Positions 1-11,887 of a stretch of DNA of 64,000 nucleotides are shown in pieces. The translations under genes were made by a program, and so were the position numbers. Every line of letters starts with the position of its first letter. Positions within the stretch are counted from its first letter, which is position 1. The notes under the pieces were generated by a model. The model had not been told where the DNA came from and searched no databases. It saw nothing but the letters and a program-made list of their open reading frames with translations. The stretch comes from Tubiluchus corallicola (lineage: Eukaryota; Animalia; Priapulida): the NCBI GenBank assembly GCA_030141605.1, contig JAQGDQ010000034.1:496001-560000 (forward strand), read 5' to 3'.

Positions 1-321
1 TCTCAAAGACGTACAAAGCTCCTTCCATTTTTTTATATCTAACGTGACCAGAGAGAAGCAGCACATCTTCAGAAGACATAGCCATGATTGCTTTAAACGC
101 TGACTATAGAGCAGGTTAACAGTGGCACTGAAAAAAATAAATAAAAACAAAAACTGCTTAAATGTGATTCTTGAGATTTTCCTTACACAGGTCAGCCTAG
201 ACATAGACATTTTTATTTATCTCCTCATTTACACCTGTATACAAATTGACTAATTATTATTTTTTAGTTATTGATTAAAAAGGATAAATTAAGCATAAAG
301 GAAAGAGTTAAGGGGGGTGCA

Positions 322-375
322 GGAGAAAGGGTAGCGAAAGACCAATTGGTCATCGAGTCAGCTACCCTTCTCAGG
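322..375 (-). mobile_element. Probable CR1/L2-type LINE 3'-terminal stem-loop remnant
   Basis: Minus strand reads gagaagggtagc-tgactcgatgaccaattggtctttc-gctaccctttctc. This is a hairpin whose ctcgatgacc...ggtc core resembles CR1-like 3' ends. It adjoins low-complexity A-rich (plus strand) sequence at about 400-720. Confidence 0.4.
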
Positions 376-2177
376 TTAGTGAAAATTGTAAAAAATTTGT
401 GGTGCTGCTGTTAACATGAATTTATGGGGGGATACATTAAACATGAAAGCAAAACAACTAAGTAAGCTATGCGATAAAGAAATAAAATGAAAAATATGAA
501 ATGATGATTAACAAAATATGTAAAGCATTTAACTAACCGATTAAAACAAAAAACTAGAAAAAAGTCAAACCAAAAAAAAAAACAACCAAAAAAACATAAA
601 TAATAAATCAGTGAAAGAAACAAAATATGTAGTAATAAACTCAAACAAAATATAATAAAAACTTAATAATAACTGTGAAACAATGAGCAAAATAATCATA
701 ATAAAGTGAATACTGAAAGGATTGCCTTTCTCAGACGATTAAAATTATGCAACAAATTTGTTCTTATATACCATCACAGCCTTTAGCTTTCTGTAGTGCA
801 ATAAAACAAAATTCAAAGTGGCAACGTCTACGAAAGGGTTTATTTTTCTCAACGCCCTTATTGCTGCATTTTTATGAATATAATTTTACTGATTGATGAT
901 ATTTTACAAGACAATTGACAGAAAGATGATGATGCTATGATGAACACCTGTTATCATGGTCTACTATTGGTTTATGCATGATATTTTGGTTTACCAACTT
1001 CCAATGAATCATATCTTGCATGCCATGGCGCATGAAAATTATTTTATGCGTCATTCTGTTCAGTCAACATTGAGTAATTGAAGCAAGTCAGTGTCGAAAA
1101 AAAGTAGGGCAATTAGTGATTAAAGGACAAAGTGCAAGTTTATATATCTTATTTTTATAACACAAAATTTTGCCAATATATCAGTATATGACTTAGGTTT
1201 AGGGATAAATATTCCTTGATTTTGCTTGCCAAAAAAGCCTCTAAAAATCCCTAAAATCCAGGTGAAGTGCCAGTTTACAGAAATGGCCAACTAGTCCCCA
1301 GACTAGCTGTTTTGGTTGCGGTCTCACTCATTGGCACCTATCCTACCGAGAGCTATAACTTAATATCATATTTCTTAACTTTGATTTTCATAACATACAT
1401 CATAAGTGATAAACACTGCATATAGACATTGACTGTTGATGCCTTACAATTAATTTGCTACTTTCTCAAATTTCTTAATCTTTATACATGACCTGTATAT
1501 TTAGTTTACTTTAATATGAGTTACTATATCTAAATAACCTGCGATTACACGCGTATGTTAACTTTTTTGAATAGATATATTTGTTTTAACTTACTAAGCG
1601 GTAGCTCTTTATTTTTTTGTGATGATTTTCCATCGGAACTAATCTCAATGTACAAACAGTTCAGTTAACCAGAACTTAACCGAGAACTCCATCTGCAACA
1701 CAACCATGGAAACTTGCATCTTGTTACATTTTTCAGTTTTTTGCAACATGACTATTTTAGCAACAAGGGAAATCATTCAACGAACATAAGAAAAGCTAGG
1801 CGCATCGGTGAATTCGCGCACGTGTTTGTTGCCATAGAAACTAATATGGAGTACGAGATGCTATGAATACGAGTATTTTTATTTTCATGTCAAAAACATT
1901 TTTTAATTGTATTAATTAATTGAAGGCTGCTTTGTTATTACTGTTGTTTTTTTGTTTAGATAATTCATGAGTTACCGTGTTTATAAGCTACATGTGCGTT
2001 TTTCACACAGACGCTGTCTTAGGTTCTATACTAAGTGTCTACTACCTAGCTATGTGTATTACAAGCTTGCAGTCGTAGATATCTATTACTTTATGCTACC
2101 TTTTTTTGTTTACAATTATAGGCCATAGGCCAACGTCACTTACTGTCTGGTTACGCTAAAGATTCTCTTGAAGATAT

Positions 2178-2193
2178 ATGATAATTATGCATG
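2178..2193 (+). CDS. PIFO: Pitchfork/CIMAP3-like protein, putative coding exon 1 of 8 (MIIMH)
   Basis: ATG follows an in-frame TGA, and the exon ends at a phase-1 donor G|GTAAGA that matches the phase of exon 2. Full model: join(2178-2193,2600-2727,3626-3724,4879-5009,6789-6912,7314-7426,8295-8370,9340-9408) = 756 nt, 251 aa. The start could instead be the ATG at 2187. Confidence 0.55.
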
Positions 2194-2599
2194 GTAAGAT
2201 TATTATAATTATACAAACAAACTAATATGATTATGATATAGTATACACATAAACTGTCCTGGAATTGCGAGCCTTAAGAAACTTTATTAAGTTTTTATAA
2301 TAATTTCAAATACAATTAATAAAATGCAATATAGCCCGCTTCAGCTGATAAGTTATATATAACTCCATATAATATTGCCTATATGACTATTTCTTCTTTT
2401 CAATTGGTAAACAATCAATCAATAACTTGCCATTTGGTAACTTGAAAATCTTTGATTCATTTCAGTTTTTATGACTTAATTTGCACCATACCCGTTCTTG
2501 AAGTTAGGCAAAAATTACGTACTCTCTGCAAAAATATGGAGATAGTTATATAAATTAAAATATTTATAATACCACATTTTAAATTACAATTTACTTTAG

Positions 2600-2727
2600 T
2601 TGCATTTGGATCTACACAACGGAGGCCTTTTCTTCCAAACATTCCACCTTATTCACGAATGGGAATATCATTGTTTGGTCAACCAGGAAAGAGCAACGCT
2701 GACCCGGGTCAATATAACAACCATCTG
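2600..2727 (+). CDS. PIFO: Pitchfork/CIMAP3-like protein, exon 2
   Basis: Acceptor ttactttag and donor gtaaaa. Encodes (V)AFGSTQRRPFLPNIPPYSRMGISLFGQPGKSNADPGQYNNHL, resembling the FGTCQQRKLFP...GPGCY N-terminus of pitchfork. Confidence 0.82.
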
Positions 2728-2939
2728 GTAAAACAAAGTAACCTAACAGATAAAAAATAAACTATTATTTACCTATATTTTTTCAGTCGTACACGTTGGA
2801 TTTTGTAATACAATTGCAGCAAATTTTTGACATTTTATTAATTCTAGCACTTAATTATTATAACTTGTACATAGACAAACAAAAACAGGCCTATATTACA
2901 TTAAAAATATATGAAAATATCTATTGCAACAAGTTGAGA

Positions 2940-3186
2940 ACAGGCACCTTATAAAAGGACCTGAGAACCTTATAACAGGATGTAGAACTTTATGACAGCA
3001 TCAAAGAGCCTTATAACAGGACCTGAGAACCAAATAACAGGATGTAAGAACCTTATAACAGGACCTAAGAACCTTATAACGGAATCTATTAACCTTATAA
3101 CTGGACCTGAATACTTAATAAGATGATATACGAACCTTATAACAGGAAATGGGAACTTATAACAGAACCTGAAACCTTACAACAAC
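2940..3186. repeat. Degenerate minisatellite, ~21-bp unit (gaaccttataacaggacctga), ~12 copies, in an intron of the pitchfork-like gene
   Basis: The ccttataacagga core recurs at about 21-bp spacing. Confidence 0.85.
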
Positions 3187-3625
3187 ATCTTGAATGACAC
3201 TGTAAATGAATACTATACACTGAGACACTGAACTAGCAGAGGTGATTTAGTATGCAGCATATCATTAATAGTAGCAAACAGGTTGAAGCATCAGCAGTTG
3301 TACAGCTATGGTGTGCATCATGGGAAAATTTGAGTCAATGCGGAGAATTTGAGTACGTTGTCAATCACTGACAACCCAACATGGATAGAAATATTTGATC
3401 ATCTCTCTCCCCTTTGGAGCCAGGATTCAAACAGTTATAACTACATGTATACTGTACAATATTACAAAGGCAGGTTTTGTGACTGTGTCCTGTAAAACAT
3501 CAGGTGTCGATGCTAGATGATGGATGTCCAGTTTTGAACAATGGCTTACAATGACCCTGTTATCAAAGTGAAAGTTCAGGATCCGGAATATTGTTAATTC
3601 TTATTTTAAATTCCTTCTTTTGCAG

Positions 3626-3724
3626 TTTAACTCATTCATTCATTTAAAAGACCAGCAACCAGTGAGTAAAAAAGGATATGTTATTGGCGCAAGAAGTGCT
3701 CCCAGATTTGGAGCTGAGTATAAG
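3626..3724 (+). CDS. PIFO: Pitchfork/CIMAP3-like protein, exon 3
   Basis: Acceptor ttcttttgcag and donor gttagt, 99 nt. Encodes FNSFIHLKDQQPVSKKGYVIGARSAPRFGAEYK, which contains the SKKGY.xGARxxxRF pitchfork motif. Confidence 0.85.
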
Positions 3725-4878
3725 GTTAGTCGTTATTATGTGCATTGTCTATAATAAAACTTGAAATGCCAGTGTGAACGTAATTAAGGTTTTTAGGAGT
3801 ATGCCAGCTTCTAGAGGCACACATGATGAAATATATCTGTCTGGAACAACTTATCTGATCATTGCTCATCTACAGACTTGATAATTGCTGTTTTTCAAGT
3901 TTGTCACATGCACTTTTTAATGAATGTGCTTATGCAGTTTTCTGTTTCACACAAACTGATCATAATCCTGCTCTCGTGCGCAGGTTCTGTACGAAAATTT
4001 GCATGAGGCAAAACCAGATTAGAATAATGAAAAGCAGTCATTTAATCATGTGTCATATAATTAATGGCTTACTGAGGTTACCCATGACACAGTTTGCTCC
4101 ATACAAAAGTTGCTGTGTACCAGCAAAATGTGTATGAGATAGTTTGCATTTGACAATTTACTACAGACAGTTTTTTTACCATGTGCGACTACTACTATGA
4201 GATAATTTAGTATAATTCAATTCACGTTTTATGTTAGCATTAATACACTAAAAAAGGTGAGTTTCTACACTTACACAAACACTATCAATACCAGCTCTCC
4301 TAATTACATGCAACAACAAGAAAATATTAAACGCTGCTCCTAACAAGTAAAAAAAAAGACTTCCACGAACAAAAAAATTTGAAGTATATGGCATATCACA
4401 GTCATTTGGAATATTTGCCATCAGAGCACAATTCTGGTAAGCAGAAGCAGATCATAACACTTGCATCATATATGAATAAAATGTGCAAATTAAATCTACG
4501 CACATCTGAGATGCGCTGCAATTATAAATAAGTTTCTTTATACTATTATTACGTTACACCCTAAGTTTCTCTAGAACATATTTGTCAAAATTAACACCTG
4601 CAGTGAATTCCAGTACAGTGAGTGTAGTGCATTGCCACATTGGGATTTACTTAGGTACATAATTGTAGCTCTACAAAGAAAATCAGGAGAGGTAAACTTG
4701 GTCCTAGAAAATTTGGTAACCACTTCATGAATATGTAAACATGTCTCGGAAAACTTGCCACTAAATACCAGCCTGTGGATGCTAAATTATAGTATATGTG
4801 GCGTTAAGCAAGCTGGTCGTGTCAGACACATCAGTATAGTGGCTGCAAATCATACAGATACATTTCCATTATTTGCAG

Positions 4879-5009
4879 ATGTTCATAACTCCAGGTCCTA
4901 TTGTTTATCAGCGTGACATTAATGAGCGCACCACTGTGAAACCCGCAAACGCTCCATTCGATTCGCGAAGCGAGAGATTTCCGTTTTCAAATGCTCACGC
5001 TTGTCCAGG
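4879..5009 (+). CDS. PIFO: Pitchfork/CIMAP3-like protein, exon 4
   Basis: Acceptor atttgcag and donor gtaatg. Encodes MFITPGPIVYQRDINERTTVKPANAPFDSRSERFPFSNAHACPG, an STPG/SHIPPO-type PGP.xY repeat. Confidence 0.85.
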
Positions 5010-5995
5010 GTAATGACAAACGAAACTAGTTTGTCTAAGTTTAGCATTTTTCTTGTTGTTATTAATAATATTAATTTCATTGATAAAAACCAACATTTCC
5101 TTCCACTTAAAGCATTACTAATGTAAATGACAATTAGTATCTTAAGAAAAACATGTTTATTTTTAACATACCACTTGTCATTTATATTAATAATGCTCTA
5201 CATGGAGTGAAATGAAATGTCTGTAAAGTAAGTTAACAATCAGTGTCTGAGAGAGTGGAGAAAATGACAAAGAAACTTTTGATCTTCAAGTTTTTTAACT
5301 TTTTGGTTGTTGCAGCTTGATATGCACTTCTTGTTGCTTGGTCAAATGATGTAAGTGTTTGGCTCTTGTATTCCTAAGTTCTGGAGCTCATGCAGATTTG
5401 CTAGTCAGACTTTATGAGTTTATTGCGTACCCTGCTGTATACCAGGCAATGAGACTTGTTTCCAGAGGAATATCTGCGTCAAACAACTATGAAAAATCCT
5501 TTAGGAGAAACATCATTTTTGTATCGCTAAACTGGTATTATGCTCGATATTAATTGTTCTTCCATGTTCGTCACGTTGAATAGATGCATTTGTCAGTTTT
5601 CTCATACGTAGATCTTTTGTTCTAAATTATGTTTCCTTGTTGCATTGCTAGTGACAGACAAGGCTGTTGTAATGCTGTAATGCATGTCTTAAGATTTTAA
5701 AGTGCAGTAGCAGTAACAGTTATGAAATTGTGTTGTCTTCAATCATGTCATTAATTTTGACAGCTCACTTCTTTCCTGCCACTACTTTCAATTTTTCTTC
5801 CTAAGTTATTGATGCATAAACCTTTTTTACCATCTACAGTTTCGTGACCTTTTCCTTGTTTTGTCTTCATGCCACCAGTTTTTCTCTGCTGCCGTACGTG
5901 CATCTGATTTGATGCATATCATCTGAGTTCAAGTGTGAGTTTTTAGTATGAGTTTTCTTAGAACTGAAAGAACACTAGTTGGATAGCCAGCTGAT

Positions 5996-6315
5996 CAGGG
6001 GCGTAGCCAGGTTTGGAAACAAGCACACAAAAAATGCAGCTGACACATGAAGCAATTATATGTTTGCCTATGCCACAAAAGACAGTGTCAGCATGTGACA
6101 AGAAGATATTATTATAATTCGATTTTGTGGCAAATTGATACTTGATTCAATCAGTTAACCTTAACGCATGAATTGCTTAAATTACTCATTTTAAAAACAC
6201 GGGAGGCAGGTTGATCAAATAAAGTAATAAGGCAGGTAGTTGTAAAGGTGCCAATTGTGAAAAATGTTCTCAGGGAGAGGCTGCTCTCCTTTTTCCTTTA
6301 TTAGCTATGCCCCTC
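5996..6315. mobile_element. hAT-like MITE
   Basis: Termini caggggcgtagc ... gctatgcccctc are imperfect inverted repeats. Flanks cagctgat / ctgctgat form a near-perfect 8-bp TSD. Confidence 0.55.
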
Positions 6316-6788
6316 CTGCTGATATAACAATGGAATAAATTTGTTGTGCTTGTTCTGGCACTAAATGCACTGAACTTGTATTAGCAGCAACTGTGTCACG
6401 TGGAAATTTGCTTACAAATGCATATATATACGACAATGAACGTAAATAAACTAACAGAAGTTTCAGAGATTTTTACTGAGTATTTAGCTACATCACGCCA
6501 CTGCCTGGCTTCTTTTTGGCACTTTAAAGGATTGATTTTACAGATTTAATACTTTTTTCAAATTGCATTTTCATTTCAAAAGCATTATGTACACTTTGTT
6601 TAGTTAATCAATGGACATTAATAATTGAAGGAATGAGACAAAGAAAGAAAATATTTGATTTTTTTTTCATTACGTGGCAGTCACACTGATTTACATTCAT
6701 ATTTATTACTTTCTTATGCAAGCTTGCTTATTTACTGCCTGGCTAGTTGATACATTCACAGGTTAATGATTATAATTCATCATTCTAG

Positions 6789-6912
6789 ACCTGGTACTTA
6801 TGAACACGAGGTAAGCAGAAACAGAAGAATAAATTTCAAGGATTCTTTCGGAGGTCAGCACGTTCTTCAGGCTCCGGTCACCATTAAGTGCATGGTCAAG
6901 AATGAGGATGTG
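6789..6912 (+). CDS. PIFO: Pitchfork/CIMAP3-like protein, exon 5
   Basis: Acceptor cattctag and donor gtcagt; the phase-2 junction gives PG-PGTY. Encodes PGTYEHEVSRNRRINFKDSFGGQHVLQAPVTIKCMVKNEDV and lies inside ORF 6766-6954. Confidence 0.85.
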
Positions 6913-7313
6913 GTCAGTACTCGTTACGAATTATTGTTCATATCAACTATTTAACGTTGCTATAACTATAAATAAGTAAACAAAGCAAATAAACCTGATT
7001 GTATTCATACACAAGTATTCCTCCTACAAGGTTACGTCATGCTCTTTCTAACAATCTTTATAGTTCCCTTTGTTAGAGCTTGAAATGGGGTGATGGTAAC
7101 TTCCCTAAAATCCTCTAAAAAATTGCCAAAAAACAAGAACTGCTACCAGGAAATGTGGTGACCTAATTTTCTGTTGTTATGCGGAAGCAATAAACAGAAC
7201 ACAGCACAACAGTATTTAACACTTTATGATGTTCAGTAGTTACTGTTTGACATTTTATTTTTACTGCGTTTGCAAAGTTTGCAATACATGTTCAACCGAT
7301 TTTTACTGTTTAG

Positions 7314-7426
7314 TGTGATTACTGTCACAAGCCACCAATAGGTGACTACTATCAGTACAGAAGACACGTCATTTGTCGGCAATGTTTCGCCTACAACATT
7401 AGATACGGAGAGAAAAGATCTAGAAG
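7314..7426 (+). CDS. PIFO: Pitchfork/CIMAP3-like protein, exon 6 (two CxxC pairs)
   Basis: Acceptor ttttactgtttag and donor gtaaaa. Encodes CDYCHKPPIGDYYQYRRHVICRQCFAYNIRYGEKRSR and is phase-compatible with both neighbours. Confidence 0.8.
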
Positions 7427-8294
7427 GTAAAAAAACAAATGAAGCACTTATGATGCTGTTTAGATTTAGAGGCAAATGCCAGTCTGTTTTCCAACCTTTG
7501 ATTTATAGTCGTGTGGTAAACTCATCGTTCAGTTTACAGCCAGGATGTAGTAATTACACTGCACAGCTGTTTTATCGCTGCTTCATAACAAGGTTGCTTT
7601 TCCGTGTCATAACCTTTAGAAATGTTGCTGAAACTCTAACACAAATTTTGTAGTAGTGTTCTGAATTCAAGTGATCAAAAAATAACGTGTACATATTTCT
7701 AATACAAAAGAATGATCAATTATGTGGCAATTAAAAATGTTTGCTGGTTGTGATAATCAATTTTATTATGAAATTAAATTTTTGTCCATATATTTGTAGA
7801 AACTAAGTGTAGCGAGTAAGAGCCCATGCATATATATATAAATATATTAGTTTTAATATATGGATAGTTAATTATGTATTAGAGCAAACTGTTGAGCCTG
7901 TCACAGAGAAATTCACTTGACTACCAAGGGCAATGTCTTTCCACATTTGAACCCGGGCTCTACCCCATTTTGCAAATGTATTTTATCCTGAACTCGCTGA
8001 CTAATCATTTTAAGCCTAATTAAGCCATGGAAACACCAACTAAGCTTCAGTCATAGTGCAGCACAGCTTAGCTAATCTCTGAACAAGTTCTGTTGTACTA
8101 TTTTTGACACATATCTGTTTATTGAGTACGTTTCGTTGTTGTAAATATTCGTTTTACTGTTTTTGTACAACATACTAATATATTTTTGGTGTTTTCAATG
8201 GAATTTTGAATACTGAAATACGTGAATTGAATAGAATTGCTAAGTCGCCAATTTTTCATTGAGAATTTTCACTTATATACTGACATTTTTCCAG

Positions 8295-8370
8295 CCATTT
8301 TCATACATTCAGAAAAGTCCGAGACTGCTCTAGGATGCATGAACATCAAGGCACTAAAGCTGCCATTCAG
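8295..8370 (+). CDS. PIFO: Pitchfork/CIMAP3-like protein, exon 7
   Basis: Acceptor tttttccag and perfect donor CAG|GTAAGT. Encodes HFHTFRKVRDCSRMHEHQGTKAAIQ. Confidence 0.82.
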
Positions 8371-8619
8371 GTAAGTTTATCACAAAGTTATTACCAGTGT
8401 ACTGCAAAAATTTTAAAAATCGAAACCAAAAGAGACTAAAACATGTTCAGATGAGTATGTTTTAGATGACTTCTTAAATTTCTAATCATAGTTTAGGCTG
8501 TCATACTACTATTAGAGAACCCCAGCACAGTGTATGTTTTTATTTTAACTAACACTGATTGTCTGTCTTTTTTGTTATGATGGTCAATGTTTATAAAAAG
8601 GCAAAATAAAGATTATAAT

Positions 8620-8852
8620 ATACTACTGCTGCTGTTGCTACTGCTAATACTACCAACTACTGATACTGCTGTCTACTGCAACAACAACAACAACGGCAAT
8701 AGTAACAACAACAGCAGCAAGAGCAAAGCAATATATAGCAGCATCAGCAGTAACAACAGCAGCATCAGCAGCAACAAAAACAGCAACAGCATCAACAACA
8801 ACAACAACAGCAGCAGCAACAACACCAACTACTACTACTACTAATAATAATA
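8620..8852. repeat. Compound trinucleotide microsatellite (CTG/CTA, CAA/CAG, CTA, TAA), intronic
   Basis: Directly visible; it accounts for the spurious ORF 8587-8844. Confidence 0.9.
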
Positions 8853-9339
8853 AGCCGACATAGTAAAAATTTTATCTGGTGTGTAATTTTGGCTGATTGT
8901 TATGCAGCTTTATATTTGAATTGCATTTATAGCTATAAATAAATGTAATCTAACCAATAGACACGGTTTTTAGGTGCAATACTGTATTTCGGTTTTTTAT
9001 TGCATGTTTTATTGGATAATATATACAGTAATAACCAATCATTACAAATCTTAGCATCCAATAATACATGCGAATTTTATTAGCAGAAGTAGCAGTAAAA
9101 GAACTCTATGCAGTACTGTTATGCAGATGTTGTTGTGGCAGGACTGGGACCTATCTCAATATCTAAGCTAATCCTCTAAAATGACGCAGAAGTGCCCTAG
9201 TCATATTTATCCTCCCTCAGTGAGGTTAGCAGATGATAGATGATGTCACCCAGAACTTTTCCTGGAAATCACCACCACTAGAATGTCAAACATTTTAAAG
9301 GAAGAATCGCCATTGTGATATAATTTTTCTTAATTTCAG

Positions 9340-9408
9340 CTTATTACCGAAAAAGAACTGAAGAAGCAGCGGCAGAGAGAAGCATATCTTAGCCTTTACT
9401 ACTCATAA
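9340..9408 (+). CDS. PIFO: Pitchfork/CIMAP3-like protein, last coding exon
   Basis: Acceptor taatttcag. Encodes LITEKELKKQRQREAYLSLYYS*, with the pitchfork-type C-terminal AYLSLYY motif. AATAAA follows at about 9705. Confidence 0.85.
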   Translation, partial: LITEKELKKQRQREAYLSLYYS

Positions 9409-10315
9409 CAACTGATATTACTCAATAACGATTGTCGTTTGTTAAACTATTTCTGCCCGTCTGACAATTTAATTATCTTAATAAGTACTCACGAAAGTTG
9501 GTTCTACATCAAGTTGATGCAAAAAAGAAAGCGGCTACAGATTTTTTTATTAACACTGTTTCTACTGAAATTGCAAAGCATCACTAAAACATTTTACAGA
9601 TTTTAAAAATGTTGCATATGAAGTTAATTTGATAGGCATTATTATAGGTGAGCTACAGTAATTCTCAATTATGTCTGAAATGTAAATTATTGTAGCCATG
9701 GCGCAATAAATATGTTACCTGACATGACACCTCTTATTTCAATAGCCATCTATAGCACCCACTGTTACAGTAGTTTTTGATATAAGGAAGTTACAAGTCA
9801 TTGCATTAGTGTGTGTCTTGCACATTAGTGGCAGTGTATGCATTTTCATTAATTATAGTTATATCATGTTGGTCCTTGACCATGTTTATTCATCAAGAGA
9901 GGCGGATAATAAGTACGGCGGTATCCTAGCAACTGAGCGAGTTCTGAGCAAGAGTGTTTAAATTACATTGAGCTATACCCGAGAATGTCGGCTTATATTG
10001 CATTATTTACCAAGCTGAAACAACAAACAACAAACAAAGTCACAAACTCCTTAATGTAAGAGAACAGTTAAACGAATATAATTCAACAATTAATAATCCC
10101 GTACAATAAAACAGATGATAATACTCTCATTAACATTGCTATTAATATCAGGAGCTTTAGCTAAACTTTAAATTAACATCACAGATTTTGCTACAAGGTC
10201 TATAATTGTACTTAGCTATCTACGTACACTCATTAGTTATATTGTTAGTCGTTTACTAGTAATAAGCTCTATGGACATCTACATGTCCATGAACTGAACT
10301 ACCTAAAAAGATGTG

Positions 10316-11749
10316 CTACAATCTAGTATGCCGATCATCTCTCTCGTCAACAGGTGTTGGTATTTCAGGTGTGGTTGCCATTTCTGGAGTATGGTATTCG
10401 TCTGACGTCTGTGCTCCTTTCGGAGTACTTTCTCCCTCAGAGCTTCCCAGATCAAAGCTTTGGTTCTGACTTGTAGGGACGTTACCGGTCTCCGACAGGT
10501 CAGATTTTAGAACCAGGTAACTAAGGATGTCAGAAAGTGAAATAACTCCGCAAACCCGTTCGTCGTCGTCTAAGACCACTAGCCTGTGAACCTCAGCACG
10601 CACTATCGTCTCAACTACGTTACTTAAGGAATGGGTCAGCTTGCAATGGTGTACACATTCTCGTATACGTCCTCTGTACTTCAGAGCATTTTCAACAGAT
10701 ATATCCAGATTATCGTAAGTCCTCTCTGCCGCCAAGTTGATGACGTCAAACTTTGCATAAATATCAACGGCCTTACCTTCACTGTCGATGACGGGCAACG
10801 CGGAGACCCTTCTGGTCACAAAAAGTCGCAAAGCTTGGATGACCGGCGTATCTGGCTTTACAGTAGCGATGTTGTCAAACGTTCCCACGTTTAGCTGTTG
10901 GATAGATTTGGTCATGAATTCCGGCTGTGGAATGTCATGGATGTATAGGTAAAGGAATTTCAGTAGCCGCTTGTGCGTAAGAATGTGCATTACATCACCC
11001 GTATCATCATCAACCACTGGCAATCGGTGTACTTTTGATAACGTAAGCACCTTTACAGCGTCATACAACGTATCCGCGGGCTTAATGCTAGCCAGAGACT
11101 TGTATTTGTGCTTTAGCTCTTGCCTCCACGTATCAATCTTATGCTCTTCCAGTTCATCCATTCGCTGCAGTGGATGCTTGTAATACTTCTTTAATATCAT
11201 TATGAAATCAGTTATTGTCAGCATGCCAATGAAGTCCTTCTGGGTGCTATCCCACAACGGTGCTGCTCTAATCCCATTGTACACTAATGCATAGAAAGCT
11301 TTCTTAACTCGAAGCTGGGTATCGAACACCAAAAGCTTTGAGCTGGTCGGGATAACATCGTAACATGTATAAGCTTGCATGAACCTGCTGTACACTGATT
11401 CGGGGTCCCCGTTAGTAATCAGTTCTAATTTCGATAACATAGAATCAGAAGCGACGCCTCTTCTTAAACTCTGACTTCTCGTCAAATGAGAGTGTCGGTC
11501 ATCGCAACTGTGTGATCGATGCCGCGTTCTCTTCTTAACCGCACTGATCTGACCCGGTTGCCGAACAACTACACCCCCTTTGACTTCAAACAATGGACGG
11601 TAGTATAAAGAATTTGATGCCGTAGCTGCCATGTTTTCCACTATTTTCAATTTATCAGTTTCACGTTCATTACCTAAATCCATTGAAGGCACTGTTAAAA
11701 ATTCGGTACGGTAAAAAGTCACAAGTTTACACGCAACATACTGAAGCAT
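10316..11749 (-). CDS. PRKAG: 5'-AMP-activated protein kinase gamma subunit (SNF4/PRKAG family), single-exon CDS
   Basis: 477-aa ORF with four CBS repeats and hallmark motifs CYDVIPTSSKLLVFDT, GMLTITDFI, VHRLPVVD, YAKFDVINLAAERTY and EVHRLVV. There is an in-frame stop upstream at 11813-11815. The true start may be the ATG at 11683 (MDLG...). Confidence 0.95.
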   Translation of the reverse strand: MLQYVACKLVTFYRTEFLTVPSMDLGNERETDKLKIVENMAATASNSLYYRPLFEVKGGVVVRQPGQISAVKKRTRHRSHSCDDRHSHLTRSQSLRRGVASDSMLSKLELITNGDPESVYSRFMQAYTCYDVIPTSSKLLVFDTQLRVKKAFYALVYNGIRAAPLWDSTQKDFIGMLTITDFIMILKKYYKHPLQRMDELEEHKIDTWRQELKHKYKSLASIKPADTLYDAVKVLTLSKVHRLPVVDDDTGDVMHILTHKRLLKFLYLYIHDIPQPEFMTKSIQQLNVGTFDNIATVKPDTPVIQALRLFVTRRVSALPVIDSEGKAVDIYAKFDVINLAAERTYDNLDISVENALKYRGRIRECVHHCKLTHSLSNVVETIVRAEVHRLVVLDDDERVCGVISLSDILSYLVLKSDLSETGNVPTSQNQSFDLGSSEGESTPKGAQTSDEYHTPEMATTPEIPTPVDERDDRHTRL

Positions 11750-11887
11750 GGTGCCCCAATCGACGTTCCCGTTGAAACAGCATAAACATACTGGATCACG
11801 AACGCCTCTATTTCAAAAGCACGGCTGACTGTATCCACATACTCCATAGCCAATTTTGTTCAACTAACAGACAGCTATATATTATAC

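Noticed and set aside
411-644. 77-aa Phe/Leu-rich ORF
   Set aside because: It arises from A-rich low-complexity sequence and has no splice context or motif.
2940-3186. CRISPR-like array
   Set aside because: Contiguous degenerate 21-mers without unique spacers, in a eukaryotic intron, with no cas genes.
5240-5960. Possible degenerate coding or transposase remnant in a pitchfork-like intron
   Set aside because: Composition looks slightly coding on the minus strand, but the frames I read are interrupted and I found no recognisable motif.
7342-7653. 103-aa ORF
   Set aside because: It is a wrong-frame overlap of pitchfork-like exon 6 extended into the intron.
8587-8844. Signal peptide plus Asn/Ser-rich ORF
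   Set aside because: It is the translation of an intronic trinucleotide microsatellite.
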